Shown here piece after piece: positions 32,376 to 44,896 of a stretch of DNA of 64,000 nt. Positions within the stretch are counted from its first letter, which is position 1; each line of letters opens with the position of its first letter. The position numbers and the translations under genes were made by a program. The stretch is from the NCBI GenBank assembly GCA_032128115.1, contig JAQBHB010000098.1:32001-96000 (forward strand), in the 5' to 3' direction. The notes beneath the pieces were generated by a model that ran no database searches, was not told the DNA's origin, and saw nothing but the letters and a program-made list of their open reading frames with translations. Origin of the DNA: Deltaproteobacteria bacterium. GTDB taxonomy: Bacteria > Myxococcota_A > UBA9160 > SMWR01.

Positions 32376-32487
32376 GGACCGATCGAAATCCCCCGCGGCC
32401 TGCATCGGAGCAGCCGGCCCCTGGCTTGAGACGCAGTCGGGCTCCGCGGCCTCAACCGCCTCGCCGGCCACGCCGATACCTGGAGAG

Positions 32488-33356
32488 ATGACGAGTCGGC
32501 AGCTGGCGCCCGATCCCGCCGCCCGACCGCCGGAATCCGGCGGCCAGGGACGGCCGCCTCGAAAGCCCAGCCACGCCGGTCCCGCCCCTGTCGCGTCGCG
32601 TCGTGTGTTGGACCTGCGCGTGGACGCCACCAGTTACGACGAGACGGTCGACGCCGTGGACGAACTCGCCCGGGCAGGCGCGGGTGGCATGATCTGCGTC
32701 GCCAACGTGCACGTGGTGATGGAAGCTTTCGGCGACGCGGAGCTGCGTCGCGCGCTCAACGGCGCCGATCGCGTCACGCCAGACGGCGTCCCCCTGGTCT
32801 GGGCCCTGCGCCTCCTGGGAGTGCGCGGCGCGCGCCGCGTCTACGGCCCGACCCTCACACCGGAGGTGTGCCGGCGCGCCGAGGCCCGGGGCATCCCGGT
32901 GGGCCTTTACGGGGGGAGCCCCCGGGTCCTGGAAGACCTGCAGTCCGTCCTGCGTCGTCGGTTTCCCGGGCTCCAGATCGCGTTCGCCTGCAGTCCGCCG
33001 TTCCGTCGCCTGGAGGAGGACGAGGAGCGGGAGATGACGGCGGCGATCGAGGCGTCTGGAGCTCGCATCCTGTTCGTGGGCCTCGGCTGCCCCAAGCAGG
33101 AGCGGTGGATGGCACGACAGCGCGAGCAGCTCTCGTGCGTGATGATCGGAGTGGGCGCTGCCTTCGACTTCCTGGCCGGCGCCAAGCGCCAGGCGCCGAT
33201 CTGGATGCAGCGTGCGGGTCTGGAGTGGCTGTTTCGTCTGGCCAGCGAGCCCCGTCGGCTGTGGCGGCGCTACCTGGTCCAGAACCCCCGTTTCGTCCTG
33301 CATCTGTCCCGGCAGATTCTCTCCGCCCGGGCTTCAGGTTCCGGCGACGGTTGCCG

Positions 33357-33360
<4 letters not shown>
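32488..33360 (+). CDS. WecB/TagA/CpsF (GT26) glycosyltransferase
   Basis: ANVH, PDGVPLVW, FVGLGCPKQERW, GVGAAFDF, GLEWLFRL..EPRRLWRRY. Confidence 0.92.
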
Positions 33361-35419
<2,059 letters not shown>

Positions 35420-35460
35420 AAGCGATATGCTCCCGCGTGCGAACCCACCGGGAGAAGCCC

Positions 35461-36144
35461 ATGATCGATCTCTACACGTCGGCCACCCCCAACGGCTGGA
35501 AAGCCTCCATCACCCTGGAAGAGCTGGGGCTGCCCTACGAGGTCCACGCCATCGACCTTTCGTCGGGCGATCAGAAGAAGCCCGACTTCCTGCGCATCAA
35601 CCCCAACGGCCGCATCCCCGCCATCGTGGACCGGGACGAGGGAGATCTGGCCGTATTCGAGTCGGGTGCGATCATGATCCACCTGGCCGAGAAGGCCGGC
35701 AAGCTGCTGCCCAGCGACCGGCGCGGGCGCGCCCAGGTGATCAGCTGGCTGATGTTCCAGATGGGCGGGATCGGACCCATGATGGGCCAGGCCAACGTCT
35801 TCTTCCGCTACTTCCCCGAGAAGATCCAGGCTGCGATCGATCGCTATCAGAACGAGTCGCGGCGCCTGTTCGAAGTGCTCGATGGCCGATTGTCCCAGAG
35901 CGAGTGGCTGGCCGACGAGTACTCCATCGCCGACATCGCCAACTGGTCGTGGGTGCGCATCCACGGTTGGTCGGGCGTTTCGGTGGAGGGACTCGATCAC
36001 CTGCAGCGCTGGATGGAGGCCATCCAGAAGCGCCCGGCCGTGGAGCGAGGGGTGGCGGTGCCTGCGCCGCCCATCGATTTGGCGGGCGATGCCGAGGCGG
36101 CGGAAAAGCTGGTGAAGGGCGGAAGATCGATCCTTCAGACCTGA
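35461..36144 (+). CDS. Glutathione S-transferase (YfcG/YghU-like)
   Basis: [40 protein letters not shown]. Confidence 0.92.
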   Translation: MIDLYTSATPNGWKASITLEELGLPYEVHAIDLSSGDQKKPDFLRINPNGRIPAIVDRDEGDLAVFESGAIMIHLAEKAGKLLPSDRRGRAQVISWLMFQMGGIGPMMGQANVFFRYFPEKIQAAIDRYQNESRRLFEVLDGRLSQSEWLADEYSIADIANWSWVRIHGWSGVSVEGLDHLQRWMEAIQKRPAVERGVAVPAPPIDLAGDAEAAEKLVKGGRSILQT

Positions 36145-37121
36145 GATTCGGGTTCGATCTTGTGGCGCAGCCGGTTCCGCAGTGGTTCGAGACGCAGGCC
36201 CAGCAGCGCGCGAACCATCATGTGCCAGGAACGCGGGTGCAGCGGTTCGGCCCGCAGGGCGGCCCATGTGTGCTTGCGAGCCGTTCCCAGGTTGCCTCCC
36301 TCGATGGCTTCGCGCGCCCAGCGGCGCTGGCTCTCGGCCTGGGAGATCTGGTCGGGGATCGCGGGTAGCGGGGCGGATTCTTCGTCTTCCAGGCCGCGGC
36401 GACGGCGAGCCTCCGCCAGCACCGTGTTCAAGGTGCGGCGCTGCTCTCCCGCTCGCACGCTGCTCACGCGCGACACGTGCTGGCGTGACTCCAACAGCGT
36501 CACGGGCAGGTTGGCCAGGCGACCGCGCTCGGCGAGCCGCAGGTACAGGTCCACATCTTCGGCGGGCTCGGCCCGGGGCTGGTAGTTGCCGACGTCGATC
36601 ACGTGGGCTCGGCGGAATACCGCCGACGAATGGAAGATGGCATTGCCGCGCCCCTCCAGCAGCTGAAACTCGATCTCCCGGTGCGAAAGCGGCGCGTGGC
36701 GTTCGCGGATGGGCTCGCCGTCCGGGTCGATCAGGAGGGAGCCCGCGCCCACGACGCTGATGTCCGGGTGGCTCTCCAGGAAGGCCACCTGGAGCGCAAA
36801 CCGCTCGGGGCGCGAGATGTCGTCGGCGTCCTGGCGCGCGATGAATTCTCCGCGCGCAGCGGCAACGCCTTCGACGAGGCGCACGCTGAGCCCCGCATGT
36901 GGGCTGCGGATCAGACGCAGGCGCGGGTCGTCACCGCAGGTCTGCTCGACGATCTCCGCCGAGTGATCGCTGGATCCGTCGTCGAGCACCACCAGCTCGA
37001 AGTCCTCGAAGGTCTGCTGCAGGATGCTGGCCACCGCCTCCGCCACATACAACTCGGCGTTGAAGACCGGCATCAGGACGCTCACCCTGGGCGGCGGCGG
37101 CGCAGCGACGACCTTCGGCAT
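36135..37121 (-). CDS. Glycosyltransferase family 2
   Basis: [31 protein letters not shown]. Confidence 0.9.
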   Translation of the reverse strand: MPKVVAAPPPPRVSVLMPVFNAELYVAEAVASILQQTFEDFELVVLDDGSSDHSAEIVEQTCGDDPRLRLIRSPHAGLSVRLVEGVAAARGEFIARQDADDISRPERFALQVAFLESHPDISVVGAGSLLIDPDGEPIRERHAPLSHREIEFQLLEGRGNAIFHSSAVFRRAHVIDVGNYQPRAEPAEDVDLYLRLAERGRLANLPVTLLESRQHVSRVSSVRAGEQRRTLNTVLAEARRRRGLEDEESAPLPAIPDQISQAESQRRWAREAIEGGNLGTARKHTWAALRAEPLHPRSWHMMVRALLGLRLEPLRNRLRHKIEPESQV

Positions 37122-39274
37122 CAGTCGTTCCTGTCGAGATCGGCGAGTCGCAGCAGGTTCGCGACGGCGTTCACGGGCCGCATCTGCTGCGCGAGCGCCG
37201 AGTCCCAGTGGAAGCCGCGCCGGGCCAGGGCCTGGCCGCGCCAGACGCGCAGCATGGCCTGCGCCAGGGCTTCGCCGTCGCCCACCGGCACCAGCTCGCC
37301 GGTCACGTCGTGCTCCACCAGCTCGTCGATGCTGGAACCCACGGTCCCGATCACGGGGATGCCGAGCAGAAGACTCTCGATCACGGTGTTGGGGAGGTTG
37401 TCCACCGCCGAGGGCAGCACCGCAGCCTCGGCGCCCTGCAGCACGGCGTAGAGTTCGGGCTTCATGAGCTCGCCCAGCCACAGCACCTGGTCTGCGTGCT
37501 CTCCCCACGCCTCGCGCCACTCGTCGAGGCGACCGGTGCGGTCGGCGCCGGCCCACACCATGCGGAAATCGGACTCCTGCTCCCAGACCTTCGGGAGCGC
37601 GCGCGCCACTAACGGCGTCCCCTTGGCGCCGCTCAGCTGCCCGAAGTGGATCAGGTAGCGGTGGGGAAGCGCGCGCGACGGGTCGGGTTCCGGCTTGGTC
37701 TCCAGCGCCGCCGGTGGGCGCACCACCTGCACGTCGATGCCGTAGCGACGCGCCAGGCGCTGGGCCACGAAGCGACTGGGCGTGTAGGCCAGATCGGCGC
37801 GCTGGACGCAGCCGCGCTCCAGATACGACTCCCAGCGTCGTCGCCAGGACATGTCGCCGTTGGCATAGGCCCAGAGCAGACCGTCGGCGCTGCAGCGCAC
37901 CACGTGGGGCCGCCCGGCGAACGACTCGATGAAGCGGCCCGAGGCCCGGTAGTCGGCGCTCTGCACCAGATCGAAGGGGCGCTCCGCGTCGCGCTTCTCG
38001 AGGGCGGCGGCCAGCTTGCGCGCGTCGGCCAGGGCGATCCAGGGTGGCTCCAGATCGTGGAGACCCAGGCGCCAGGAGAGGCGGATCCAGGCGCGCACGG
38101 CCGGGTGGACGTCGGTCCGGCGCACCCGATGCACGCGGACGCCGTCCCAGTCGAGCGTGCCGTCGCGGCTCGGACTCAGGGTGAAGACCTCGGGCTCGTG
38201 GCCCGCTTCGCGCAACGCCCGGGTCATGCGGTGCAGGTAGTTACCCAGCCCGCCGCCGGTTTCGTACTCGGTTACGAACTCCGGCGTGACGAAGGCGATG
38301 CGTCGCGGGACGCGGCCCTTCGTGAGGGCGTGGCGAGCGCGCGAACCCGGCGGCTCGTCGGGTGTCGGGGCAGGGGCCGCGCTCCGCCCCAGAACCGCGT
38401 CGAAGAGTTCCCCGAATCGGGCCGCCCGGGTGTCCCAGGATCGCTCCGCTGCCATCAGGTCGGCGTTCAGGGCGCCGGCGCGCCGAACCTGGTCGCGGTG
38501 TTCGTCGCACCACTGCAGCGCCTCCCGGAAGGCGTCCACCGACCGCTCCACCACGAGCCCATTGACTCCCGAGCGCACCAGTTCGGGCACGATGCCCACG
38601 TCGGTGGTCACCGGAAACGCCCCGCTGGCCATGCCCTCCAGCAACGGCAGGGGCTGGCTCTCGGCCTCCGACGCGATCGCGATCACGTCCACGCGCCCGT
38701 AGAGCCGCGCCACCTGGGTCCGGGTTCGCCGGCCGTCGGTGGCCTCCAGCGGGAAGCGGTCGCCACAGGCGGGAATCAGGATGTCGTGGAGCCCCTTGCA
38801 CGCGTCGCGCGGATTGCCCACCCAGCCCACGCGCAGTCGCCCGCGTCGGCGGCGTGTGGATCGGAACCGATCGAGCTCGACGCCGTTGGGACAGTGGAAG
38901 ACCCGCTCGCGAACGCTCTTCAGCTGTTCGAAAAGCCGCCCACAGGGCGTCGTGACCCAGGCGCAGTCGGCCAGGTGGGTCTCGACGAAGCGTTCGAGGG
39001 AGAGCCGTCCGAAGCGCTCCTCCAGGGCCCAGCGGTAGCTGGCCACCTCCTTGATCACGCGCTCGGGCGGGAACCCGAACTGCTGGTGGTGGGTCTCGCC
39101 CCAGAAGAACACGTAGAGCAGGTCGGTGCGATCCGGGTCGAGCCGGGGCTTGCGGCTCGTGTACTCGATTTCGATCTCGAAGCGGTCCGCGAGCCGTACG
39201 GCGAGCGAACGCGCCACCGAGTCGAAGGCCCAGTTCGGAAAGTCCGCCAGGAAGGTGATGCGCGGCTTTACCAC
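37121..39274 (-). CDS. Tandem double-domain GT4 glycosyltransferase
   Basis: Two GT-B signatures: ESQPLPLLEGMASG and DNLPNTVIESLLLG. Confidence 0.85.
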   Translation of the reverse strand: MVKPRITFLADFPNWAFDSVARSLAVRLADRFEIEIEYTSRKPRLDPDRTDLLYVFFWGETHHQQFGFPPERVIKEVASYRWALEERFGRLSLERFVETHLADCAWVTTPCGRLFEQLKSVRERVFHCPNGVELDRFRSTRRRRGRLRVGWVGNPRDACKGLHDILIPACGDRFPLEATDGRRTRTQVARLYGRVDVIAIASEAESQPLPLLEGMASGAFPVTTDVGIVPELVRSGVNGLVVERSVDAFREALQWCDEHRDQVRRAGALNADLMAAERSWDTRAARFGELFDAVLGRSAAPAPTPDEPPGSRARHALTKGRVPRRIAFVTPEFVTEYETGGGLGNYLHRMTRALREAGHEPEVFTLSPSRDGTLDWDGVRVHRVRRTDVHPAVRAWIRLSWRLGLHDLEPPWIALADARKLAAALEKRDAERPFDLVQSADYRASGRFIESFAGRPHVVRCSADGLLWAYANGDMSWRRRWESYLERGCVQRADLAYTPSRFVAQRLARRYGIDVQVVRPPAALETKPEPDPSRALPHRYLIHFGQLSGAKGTPLVARALPKVWEQESDFRMVWAGADRTGRLDEWREAWGEHADQVLWLGELMKPELYAVLQGAEAAVLPSAVDNLPNTVIESLLLGIPVIGTVGSSIDELVEHDVTGELVPVGDGEALAQAMLRVWRGQALARRGFHWDSALAQQMRPVNAVANLLRLADLDRND

Positions 39275-39492
39275 GCCACCACACGCGGCGGCGCGTCCAC
39301 GGGCAACGAATCGGCTGAGACGGTTGTCATCAAAGGGTTTTTCGGCGTTCGGGCCTCCGATCTTGAACGCCGCGCAGAGCCCCTCGCGAGCGTGAATTCC
39401 TTCGCTTTTCGGGGGACTTCCGGCGATTTCTACGCCTCAAGCGCGGCTCGGGCCCGGCCGATGCGGAGAGCGGGCGGGAGCCCGGGGGGAAG

Positions 39493-40875
39493 GTGAGGAT
39501 CGATCTCAAGACCGTTCCGCTGCTCCACGTGGCGGCGGACGCCGCGCTCGTGTCGTTGGGCTGGCTGGGCGCGTACGCGATCCGCTACGCGCTCAACGAC
39601 GTTTTCGGAACGCCCATCAACCCGCCCGAAGCCTACGTGGGGGCGCTTCCTCTCGTGGTCGGGCCGTGGATCTTCTCGTGTTGGCTGTTCGGCATCTACC
39701 GCAGTGCGCGCATGAAAACGGGAGTCGACGAACTCCAGACCCTGCTGCGCGGCGTGGCCCTGGGCCTGCTGGTGGTGAGTTCGATCAGCTTCTTCTTCCG
39801 CGAACTCCAGTTCGGGCGCTTCGTAGTGGTTGCGAGTGCCGGGCTGAGCCTCGTGCTCCAGGGCGGCAGCCGGATCCTGTTCCATCGCCTGGAACGGAAC
39901 CTGCGGCGTTCCGGCGACCACGATGTGCCCGCGCTGATCGTGGGCACGGGCGTCACCGCGATCCGTTTGATCCAGAAGCTCCAGGATCACCCGGAGATCG
40001 GCTACCGCGTGGTGGGGTTCGTGGACGATCTGGAGGATCCCGAGCCCAAGGACGTGGCCGGTCGGCCGGTGTTGGGGCGCATCGATGCGCTGCGCGCCGT
40101 GGCGCAGGAGCACGGGGTGCGGGAGATCTTCGTGGCGGCTCCATCCCTGAAGCACAACCACATGCTCTCGTTGGTGCTCGATTGCGAGGAGCTGGGAATC
40201 ACGTTCCGGGTGGTGACCGACCTGTTCGAGGTGTTGACCGCCGGAACCAGCATCGACCTGGTGGACGACCTGCCGCTGGTGCGGTTGGGACGCCAGTCGG
40301 TGCATCCGCTCTACGCGCCCTTGAAGCGCGCCCTGGACCTTGTCGGTGCGCTTGCGGCCCTGCTGCTGACGGCGCCCCTCATGCTCTGGAGCGCCGCGCG
40401 TATCCGCATGGAGAGCCCGGGGGCGGCGCTGTTCGCCCACGAGCGGGTGGGCCGCGACGGGCAGACGTTTCGCATGTACAAGTTCCGCACCATGTGGAAC
40501 CACGTGGACCCGAGCGCCGTGTCACCGGTGGACCGGGCCGACGCGCGCATCACTTGCTGTGGCCGTTGGCTGCGCGCCACCAGCATCGACGAGCTTCCCC
40601 AGCTCTTCAACGTGATTCGCGGCGAGATGTCGCTGGTGGGGCCGCGCCCGGAGATGCCCTTCATCGTGCGCGACTACGACGAATGGCAGCGCCGGCGCCT
40701 GGCCGTCAAGCCCGGAATCACCGGCCTGTGGCAGATCCTGGGCCGCAAGGATCTGCCCATGCACGAAAACCTGCAGTACGACTTCTATTACATCCGGAAC
40801 CGATCTCTCGGACTCGATGTGTCGATCCTGCTGCGGACGGTGGGCGCGGTGGTCGCCAGGCGCGGAGCGTTCTGA
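39493..40875 (+). CDS. Undecaprenyl-phosphate sugar-1-phosphate transferase (WcaJ/WbaP-type priming enzyme)
   Basis: N-terminal TMs, KRALDL, YKFRTM, DELPQLFNV.RGEMSLVGPRPE, KPGITGLWQ. Confidence 0.92.
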   Translation: MRIDLKTVPLLHVAADAALVSLGWLGAYAIRYALNDVFGTPINPPEAYVGALPLVVGPWIFSCWLFGIYRSARMKTGVDELQTLLRGVALGLLVVSSISFFFRELQFGRFVVVASAGLSLVLQGGSRILFHRLERNLRRSGDHDVPALIVGTGVTAIRLIQKLQDHPEIGYRVVGFVDDLEDPEPKDVAGRPVLGRIDALRAVAQEHGVREIFVAAPSLKHNHMLSLVLDCEELGITFRVVTDLFEVLTAGTSIDLVDDLPLVRLGRQSVHPLYAPLKRALDLVGALAALLLTAPLMLWSAARIRMESPGAALFAHERVGRDGQTFRMYKFRTMWNHVDPSAVSPVDRADARITCCGRWLRATSIDELPQLFNVIRGEMSLVGPRPEMPFIVRDYDEWQRRRLAVKPGITGLWQILGRKDLPMHENLQYDFYYIRNRSLGLDVSILLRTVGAVVARRGAF

Positions 40876-40878
40876 TCC

Positions 40879-41772
40879 GTGGCTCCCGCGATCTCGGTCT
40901 GCATCGCCACGTATCGACGGCGAGAGGGGCTCGCGCGTCTGTTGGCGAGTCTGGCGGACCTCGAGCTTCCCGACGGTGTGGAGATCGAGATCGTGGTGGT
41001 GGACAACGATGCCGAGGGCTCGGCGACGCCGGTTCTCGACGCCTGGTCGGGCCCGCACCCGATGCGCTCGCTCCAGGATCCGTGGAAGAACCTGTCCCAC
41101 GTGCGCAACCGCGCCGTGGAGGCGGCGCGCGGGGAGTGGGTTGCCTTCATCGATGACGACGAGGTGGCCGACCCCGCATGGCTGGCTGCCTACTGGAGTT
41201 GCATCGCGCTCGAGGACTGCGAGGGCTGGTTCGGACCGGTGGTTACGGTAATGGAGCCGGGGGGAACGCCGTGGATCGATCCCCAGCGTTTCTTCCAGCG
41301 GCCGCGCCACGTCACCGGAACTTCCGCAGCACTTTCAGATGTGCGCACGGCCAATGGGTTCGTGCGCCGCGACCTGGTGGCGGCGCACCGCTTCGATCCG
41401 GCCTACGGGACGCCGGGGGACGCCGCCGAGGACCGGGAGTTCTTCGGACGCCTGATGGCTGCGGGGGCGCGCTTCCGTTGGTGTGACGAGGCCAGCGTCA
41501 CCGAGTTCGTGACGGCGGATCGCCGCAGCATGGCGTGGATCACCCATCGCGCGCTGATGGGAGGCCGCCTGACGGCACGCATTGCAAGTCGCCAGGGGGG
41601 GCGCTGGGGCGGCACACGCGCCGGTGTGCGTGCGGTTCTGGCTCTGCTGGCCCTGGGGGTGGCACTTCCCGCGTCGATCCTTTGCGGCCGTTCGACTGCG
41701 GCGCGCGTGTGGTTCCGCCTTTGCATCCAGGCGGGGCGCCTCCAGGAACTCGCGGGCCTGAATTCGAGTTGA
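40879..41772 (+). CDS. Glycosyltransferase family 2 (ExoM-like)
   Basis: ISVCIATY.R, VVVDND, AFIDDDE, AED.EFF.R. Confidence 0.85.
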   Translation: MAPAISVCIATYRRREGLARLLASLADLELPDGVEIEIVVVDNDAEGSATPVLDAWSGPHPMRSLQDPWKNLSHVRNRAVEAARGEWVAFIDDDEVADPAWLAAYWSCIALEDCEGWFGPVVTVMEPGGTPWIDPQRFFQRPRHVTGTSAALSDVRTANGFVRRDLVAAHRFDPAYGTPGDAAEDREFFGRLMAAGARFRWCDEASVTEFVTADRRSMAWITHRALMGGRLTARIASRQGGRWGGTRAGVRAVLALLALGVALPASILCGRSTAARVWFRLCIQAGRLQELAGLNSS

Positions 41773-41799
41773 CTTCGCTGGCCTGAATTCGAGTTGACT
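41755..41799. repeat. 20-bp direct duplication of the GT2 3' end (GGCCTGAATTCGAGTTGACT x2)
   Basis: Copies at 41755-41774 and 41780-41799. Confidence 0.88.
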
Positions 41800-41812
41800 G
41801 GACTGCGCTCGC

Positions 41813-43006
41813 CTACGCAGTTTCCAGGGCGCTCGCGCGCTCGGGTGGGGCAGCGGCGTGCTGTACGGCGCGACGGATTCCGTCGGCCATGCGCTCGGGG
41901 CGGAAGCGTCCCGCCGTGTCGCGCGCGGCGTCTCGCAATGCTTCCCGGTCTTCCGACTCCATCGCCTCGCGCAACGTCCGGGCGAACTCCTGGGGATCGT
42001 GAGGATCGAAGTGCCAGCCGTTTTCCCCGGGGCGCACCAGATCGTCGGCGCAGCCGGCCAGGCGCGAGCACAACACCGGAAGCCCGCTGGCCAGGGCCTC
42101 GTTCACCACCAGGCCCCACGGATCGCCAAGGCTCGAGAACACCAGCAGATCCGAGGCCGCGTAATAGCCCGCCACCTCGTCAGGGGGAACCGTGGGCGTG
42201 TGAGCGATCTCGCCACGGTCCGCGGAGGCTTCGGCCTCGCGCAGCAATGCCTCCAGCGGGCCGCTGCCCACGAACAGGAGTGTCCAGCGCGCGCGCAGCT
42301 CCTCGGGCAGCCACTCCCAGGCCTGGATCAGCGGTGCGACGCCCTTCATGGGGACCAGGCGTCCCACCACCAGTGCGATCCGCTCCCGGCAACCCAGACG
42401 CTCCTGCAGCGACGCGCGCAGGGCCTCGGGCTCGCAGCCCTCGACTGCGCGCACCACGGAGTCGTGGTCGCAGGCGTTGGGGGCGTCGAAGATCCGCTCG
42501 CTGGGAACACCCAGCCCCGAGAGCACGTCGCGGGCCTGGCGACCCATGCCCACCACCGCCTGTGCATTCGCCAGCAGGAAGCGCCGCCAGAGCCGCTGCA
42601 GGGGGCCCGCACCGGTGGCGCCCACCCGAGAGTGGTAGCTCCAGATCACCAGGGGGGTCCCGGTCAGGCGCGCGTACAGCAGTGCGATCAGTGTGCGCGC
42701 TCCCAATTCGGCACTGATCACCACGTCCGGGGCGAAGCGGCGCAGGGCGGCCGGAAGGCCCGTGGGGATGTGCAGGGTCGTGATCTGGTGGTAGAGCGCG
42801 CGGCCGCGGGCCCGGATGCGACGCCGCAACGCGAAGCCCGTCACGCGCTCCACGTCGAGCGATCCGCGCTCCACCTGCCAGCTGCGGTCGAATTCGCTCT
42901 CGGCGTTCACCATCACACGCAGCTCCCAGCCGGGGGTCGCCGCCAGAATTTCGTAGACCGGCACGCGATAGGGCGTGAGGATGTTGGTGAGCAGGGCAAC
43001 GCGCAC
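41813..43006 (-). CDS. Glycosyltransferase family 4
   Basis: TNILTPYR, VGRL...KG, DPWGLVVNEALASGLPV. Confidence 0.92.
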   Translation of the reverse strand: MRVALLTNILTPYRVPVYEILAATPGWELRVMVNAESEFDRSWQVERGSLDVERVTGFALRRRIRARGRALYHQITTLHIPTGLPAALRRFAPDVVISAELGARTLIALLYARLTGTPLVIWSYHSRVGATGAGPLQRLWRRFLLANAQAVVGMGRQARDVLSGLGVPSERIFDAPNACDHDSVVRAVEGCEPEALRASLQERLGCRERIALVVGRLVPMKGVAPLIQAWEWLPEELRARWTLLFVGSGPLEALLREAEASADRGEIAHTPTVPPDEVAGYYAASDLLVFSSLGDPWGLVVNEALASGLPVLCSRLAGCADDLVRPGENGWHFDPHDPQEFARTLREAMESEDREALRDAARDTAGRFRPERMADGIRRAVQHAAAPPERASALETA

Positions 43007-43007
43007 G

Positions 43008-44753
43008 TCAGTAGCTCTTGTAGAACTGCAGCGGGGCGAGGCCCGGCGGGTCGTTCAGCGCCAACACCAGCACGCCCTCGGGCACGTCCTCGACGAAATC
43101 GGCGGTGTGGTCTCCCGAGTCGAACGCAAGCACGTCGCCAGGCCCGAGAAGCTGCCCGTCGATGCGCACCGAGTGGGGGCCGCGGGCGGGGATCCAGCGG
43201 TAGTGCCCCGGGACGATCAGCTCGAACACGCTGCGGGTGCCGCGGGCGCCCGCAAGACGGCGCCCGGCCACGAACACCGAGGCGCGGTAGGGCTGGTAGT
43301 TCTCGGCCCAGAAGCGGCGCAATTCGACCGGAAACTGGTTCAGCCGGAACGACTCCACCAGAAACGAGATGGGCTCGGCCCGGAACGCGCCCAGCATCTG
43401 CTCGCTGTTGCGCTCGCGGTCGGCGCCGGCGAAGCGCCGATAGATGGTCTCGGAGAAGTGGGTCGCGATCGGCTGTCCGGCGGCGTGGCAGAAGAGCGCG
43501 CTCTCCGGCTGGAAGCCGGCTTCCCCGCTGCCGAAGTTGCGGTGCGCGAACCCCAGGCTCTCGCGTTGCACGGCCTGGGTGTCGCCGCGCATCAGGGCCA
43601 TCTGGAGCAGGCCCGGCACCCCGAGCAGCAGCCACCAGGCGGCGACCACCGCGGGTGCCCCGCGGCCGAGGGGCTCAAGCACCCCGCGAATCGGGCCCCG
43701 CGCGGCGGCGAAGGCAACGGCCGGAAACAGCCCCAGTGTCATCCAGAAGTAGAAGAAGGCGGCCGCGTGAAACGCTGCCACCGCGGCCCCCAATGCCAGC
43801 ACGGCCCACGCCAGGACCACCGGCACACGCCACTCGGGTCGCCGTTGCACGCTGTAGCCGGTGGCGACGGCGAGCCCCGCCAGCATCACCATCTGCGGAG
43901 CCAGCGTCGGAAGCATGTCCAGGTACTGGCTGTAACCGATCGTGTTCCGATAGAACTCGAAGACCGACAGGCCTCGGCTCACGTAGGCCTGGGGCATCAC
44001 CTGTTGCGAGGTGTGGATCTCGGGAACCTGGAAAGCCGCGCTCACCGCGAAACGGAAGGCGGCGAACGCCACTCCGAAACCGAGCGCGCACAGACCCGCG
44101 CGCACGGCCTCGCGGCCCGGGCGCAGCTCGCGGCGCAGGAACAGCTGACCCAGGGCGAGCACGCCCATCAGGGTCGCCACGTAGAAGAGCTTCTGCGACG
44201 ACAGGTACCCCACGCCGAAGAGCAGTCCCGCCGCCAGGGCCAGCGTTGGGCGCCGCCGCGACGCCAGGAGCACGGCTCCCCCCAGCGTGCCTCCGGCCAG
44301 GGCGATCTGGTCCGAACGAACCTGGATCGACCACTCGAGAAAGGCGGGCACGCAGGCCAGCAGCAGCACGCCCAGCAGGGCGTCGCCGCGGCGGCGCGAT
44401 GCGTCGGGTTGCAGCTCGAAGAGCACCGCCGCGAGCCCGGCCAGGAAGAGCCCGGTAAAGCCGAGCCACAGCAGGCGTGCATGCTGGATTGCCAGGATCT
44501 CGTCCTCGCAGTCGGCGACGAATGGGAGCAGCACGATGGCCGCCAGGCCCGGACGGCCCCCGCCATACAGCTGACCGGTCTCCGACATGTGGCGGGCGCC
44601 CTTGAGCAGGGCGAATTCGTCCCAGTTCACGGATTCGTGGCCGATGGCCCAGAGGCGCAGACCCAGAACCACCACGAGCGAGGCGGCCAGCGTCCACGCG
44701 AGCGCCGCCCCCCGCAGGCGCGGCGGCGGCATCGCCCCGGTCTTCATCGACAT
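43008..44753 (-). CDS. Multi-pass membrane protein, GT-C-like
   Basis: NWDEF motif after TM1, VRSD, SQK, about 11 TM segments, soluble C-terminal domain. Confidence 0.62.
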   Translation of the reverse strand: MSMKTGAMPPPRLRGAALAWTLAASLVVVLGLRLWAIGHESVNWDEFALLKGARHMSETGQLYGGGRPGLAAIVLLPFVADCEDEILAIQHARLLWLGFTGLFLAGLAAVLFELQPDASRRRGDALLGVLLLACVPAFLEWSIQVRSDQIALAGGTLGGAVLLASRRRPTLALAAGLLFGVGYLSSQKLFYVATLMGVLALGQLFLRRELRPGREAVRAGLCALGFGVAFAAFRFAVSAAFQVPEIHTSQQVMPQAYVSRGLSVFEFYRNTIGYSQYLDMLPTLAPQMVMLAGLAVATGYSVQRRPEWRVPVVLAWAVLALGAAVAAFHAAAFFYFWMTLGLFPAVAFAAARGPIRGVLEPLGRGAPAVVAAWWLLLGVPGLLQMALMRGDTQAVQRESLGFAHRNFGSGEAGFQPESALFCHAAGQPIATHFSETIYRRFAGADRERNSEQMLGAFRAEPISFLVESFRLNQFPVELRRFWAENYQPYRASVFVAGRRLAGARGTRSVFELIVPGHYRWIPARGPHSVRIDGQLLGPGDVLAFDSGDHTADFVEDVPEGVLVLALNDPPGLAPLQFYKSY

Positions 44754-44811
44754 GCAACTTCCCTCATAGGGGAAGATCGGGTCGGGATTCCCTGAGCTTG
44801 AGAGGCCCGGT

Positions 44812-44896
44812 GCCCAGGGCCCGAGCGGCTAGGGGCGCGCCGCCTGCAGGCCCAGGGCCCGGGCGGCTAGGGGCGCGCCGCCTGCAGGCCCAGGGC
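44812..44896. repeat. 38-bp tandem repeat (2 copies plus a partial third) duplicating the stop region of the upstream minus-strand gene
   Basis: GCCCAGGGCCCG[A/G]GCGGCTAGGGGCGCGCCGCCTGCAG at 44812-44849 and 44850-44887. Confidence 0.88.
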
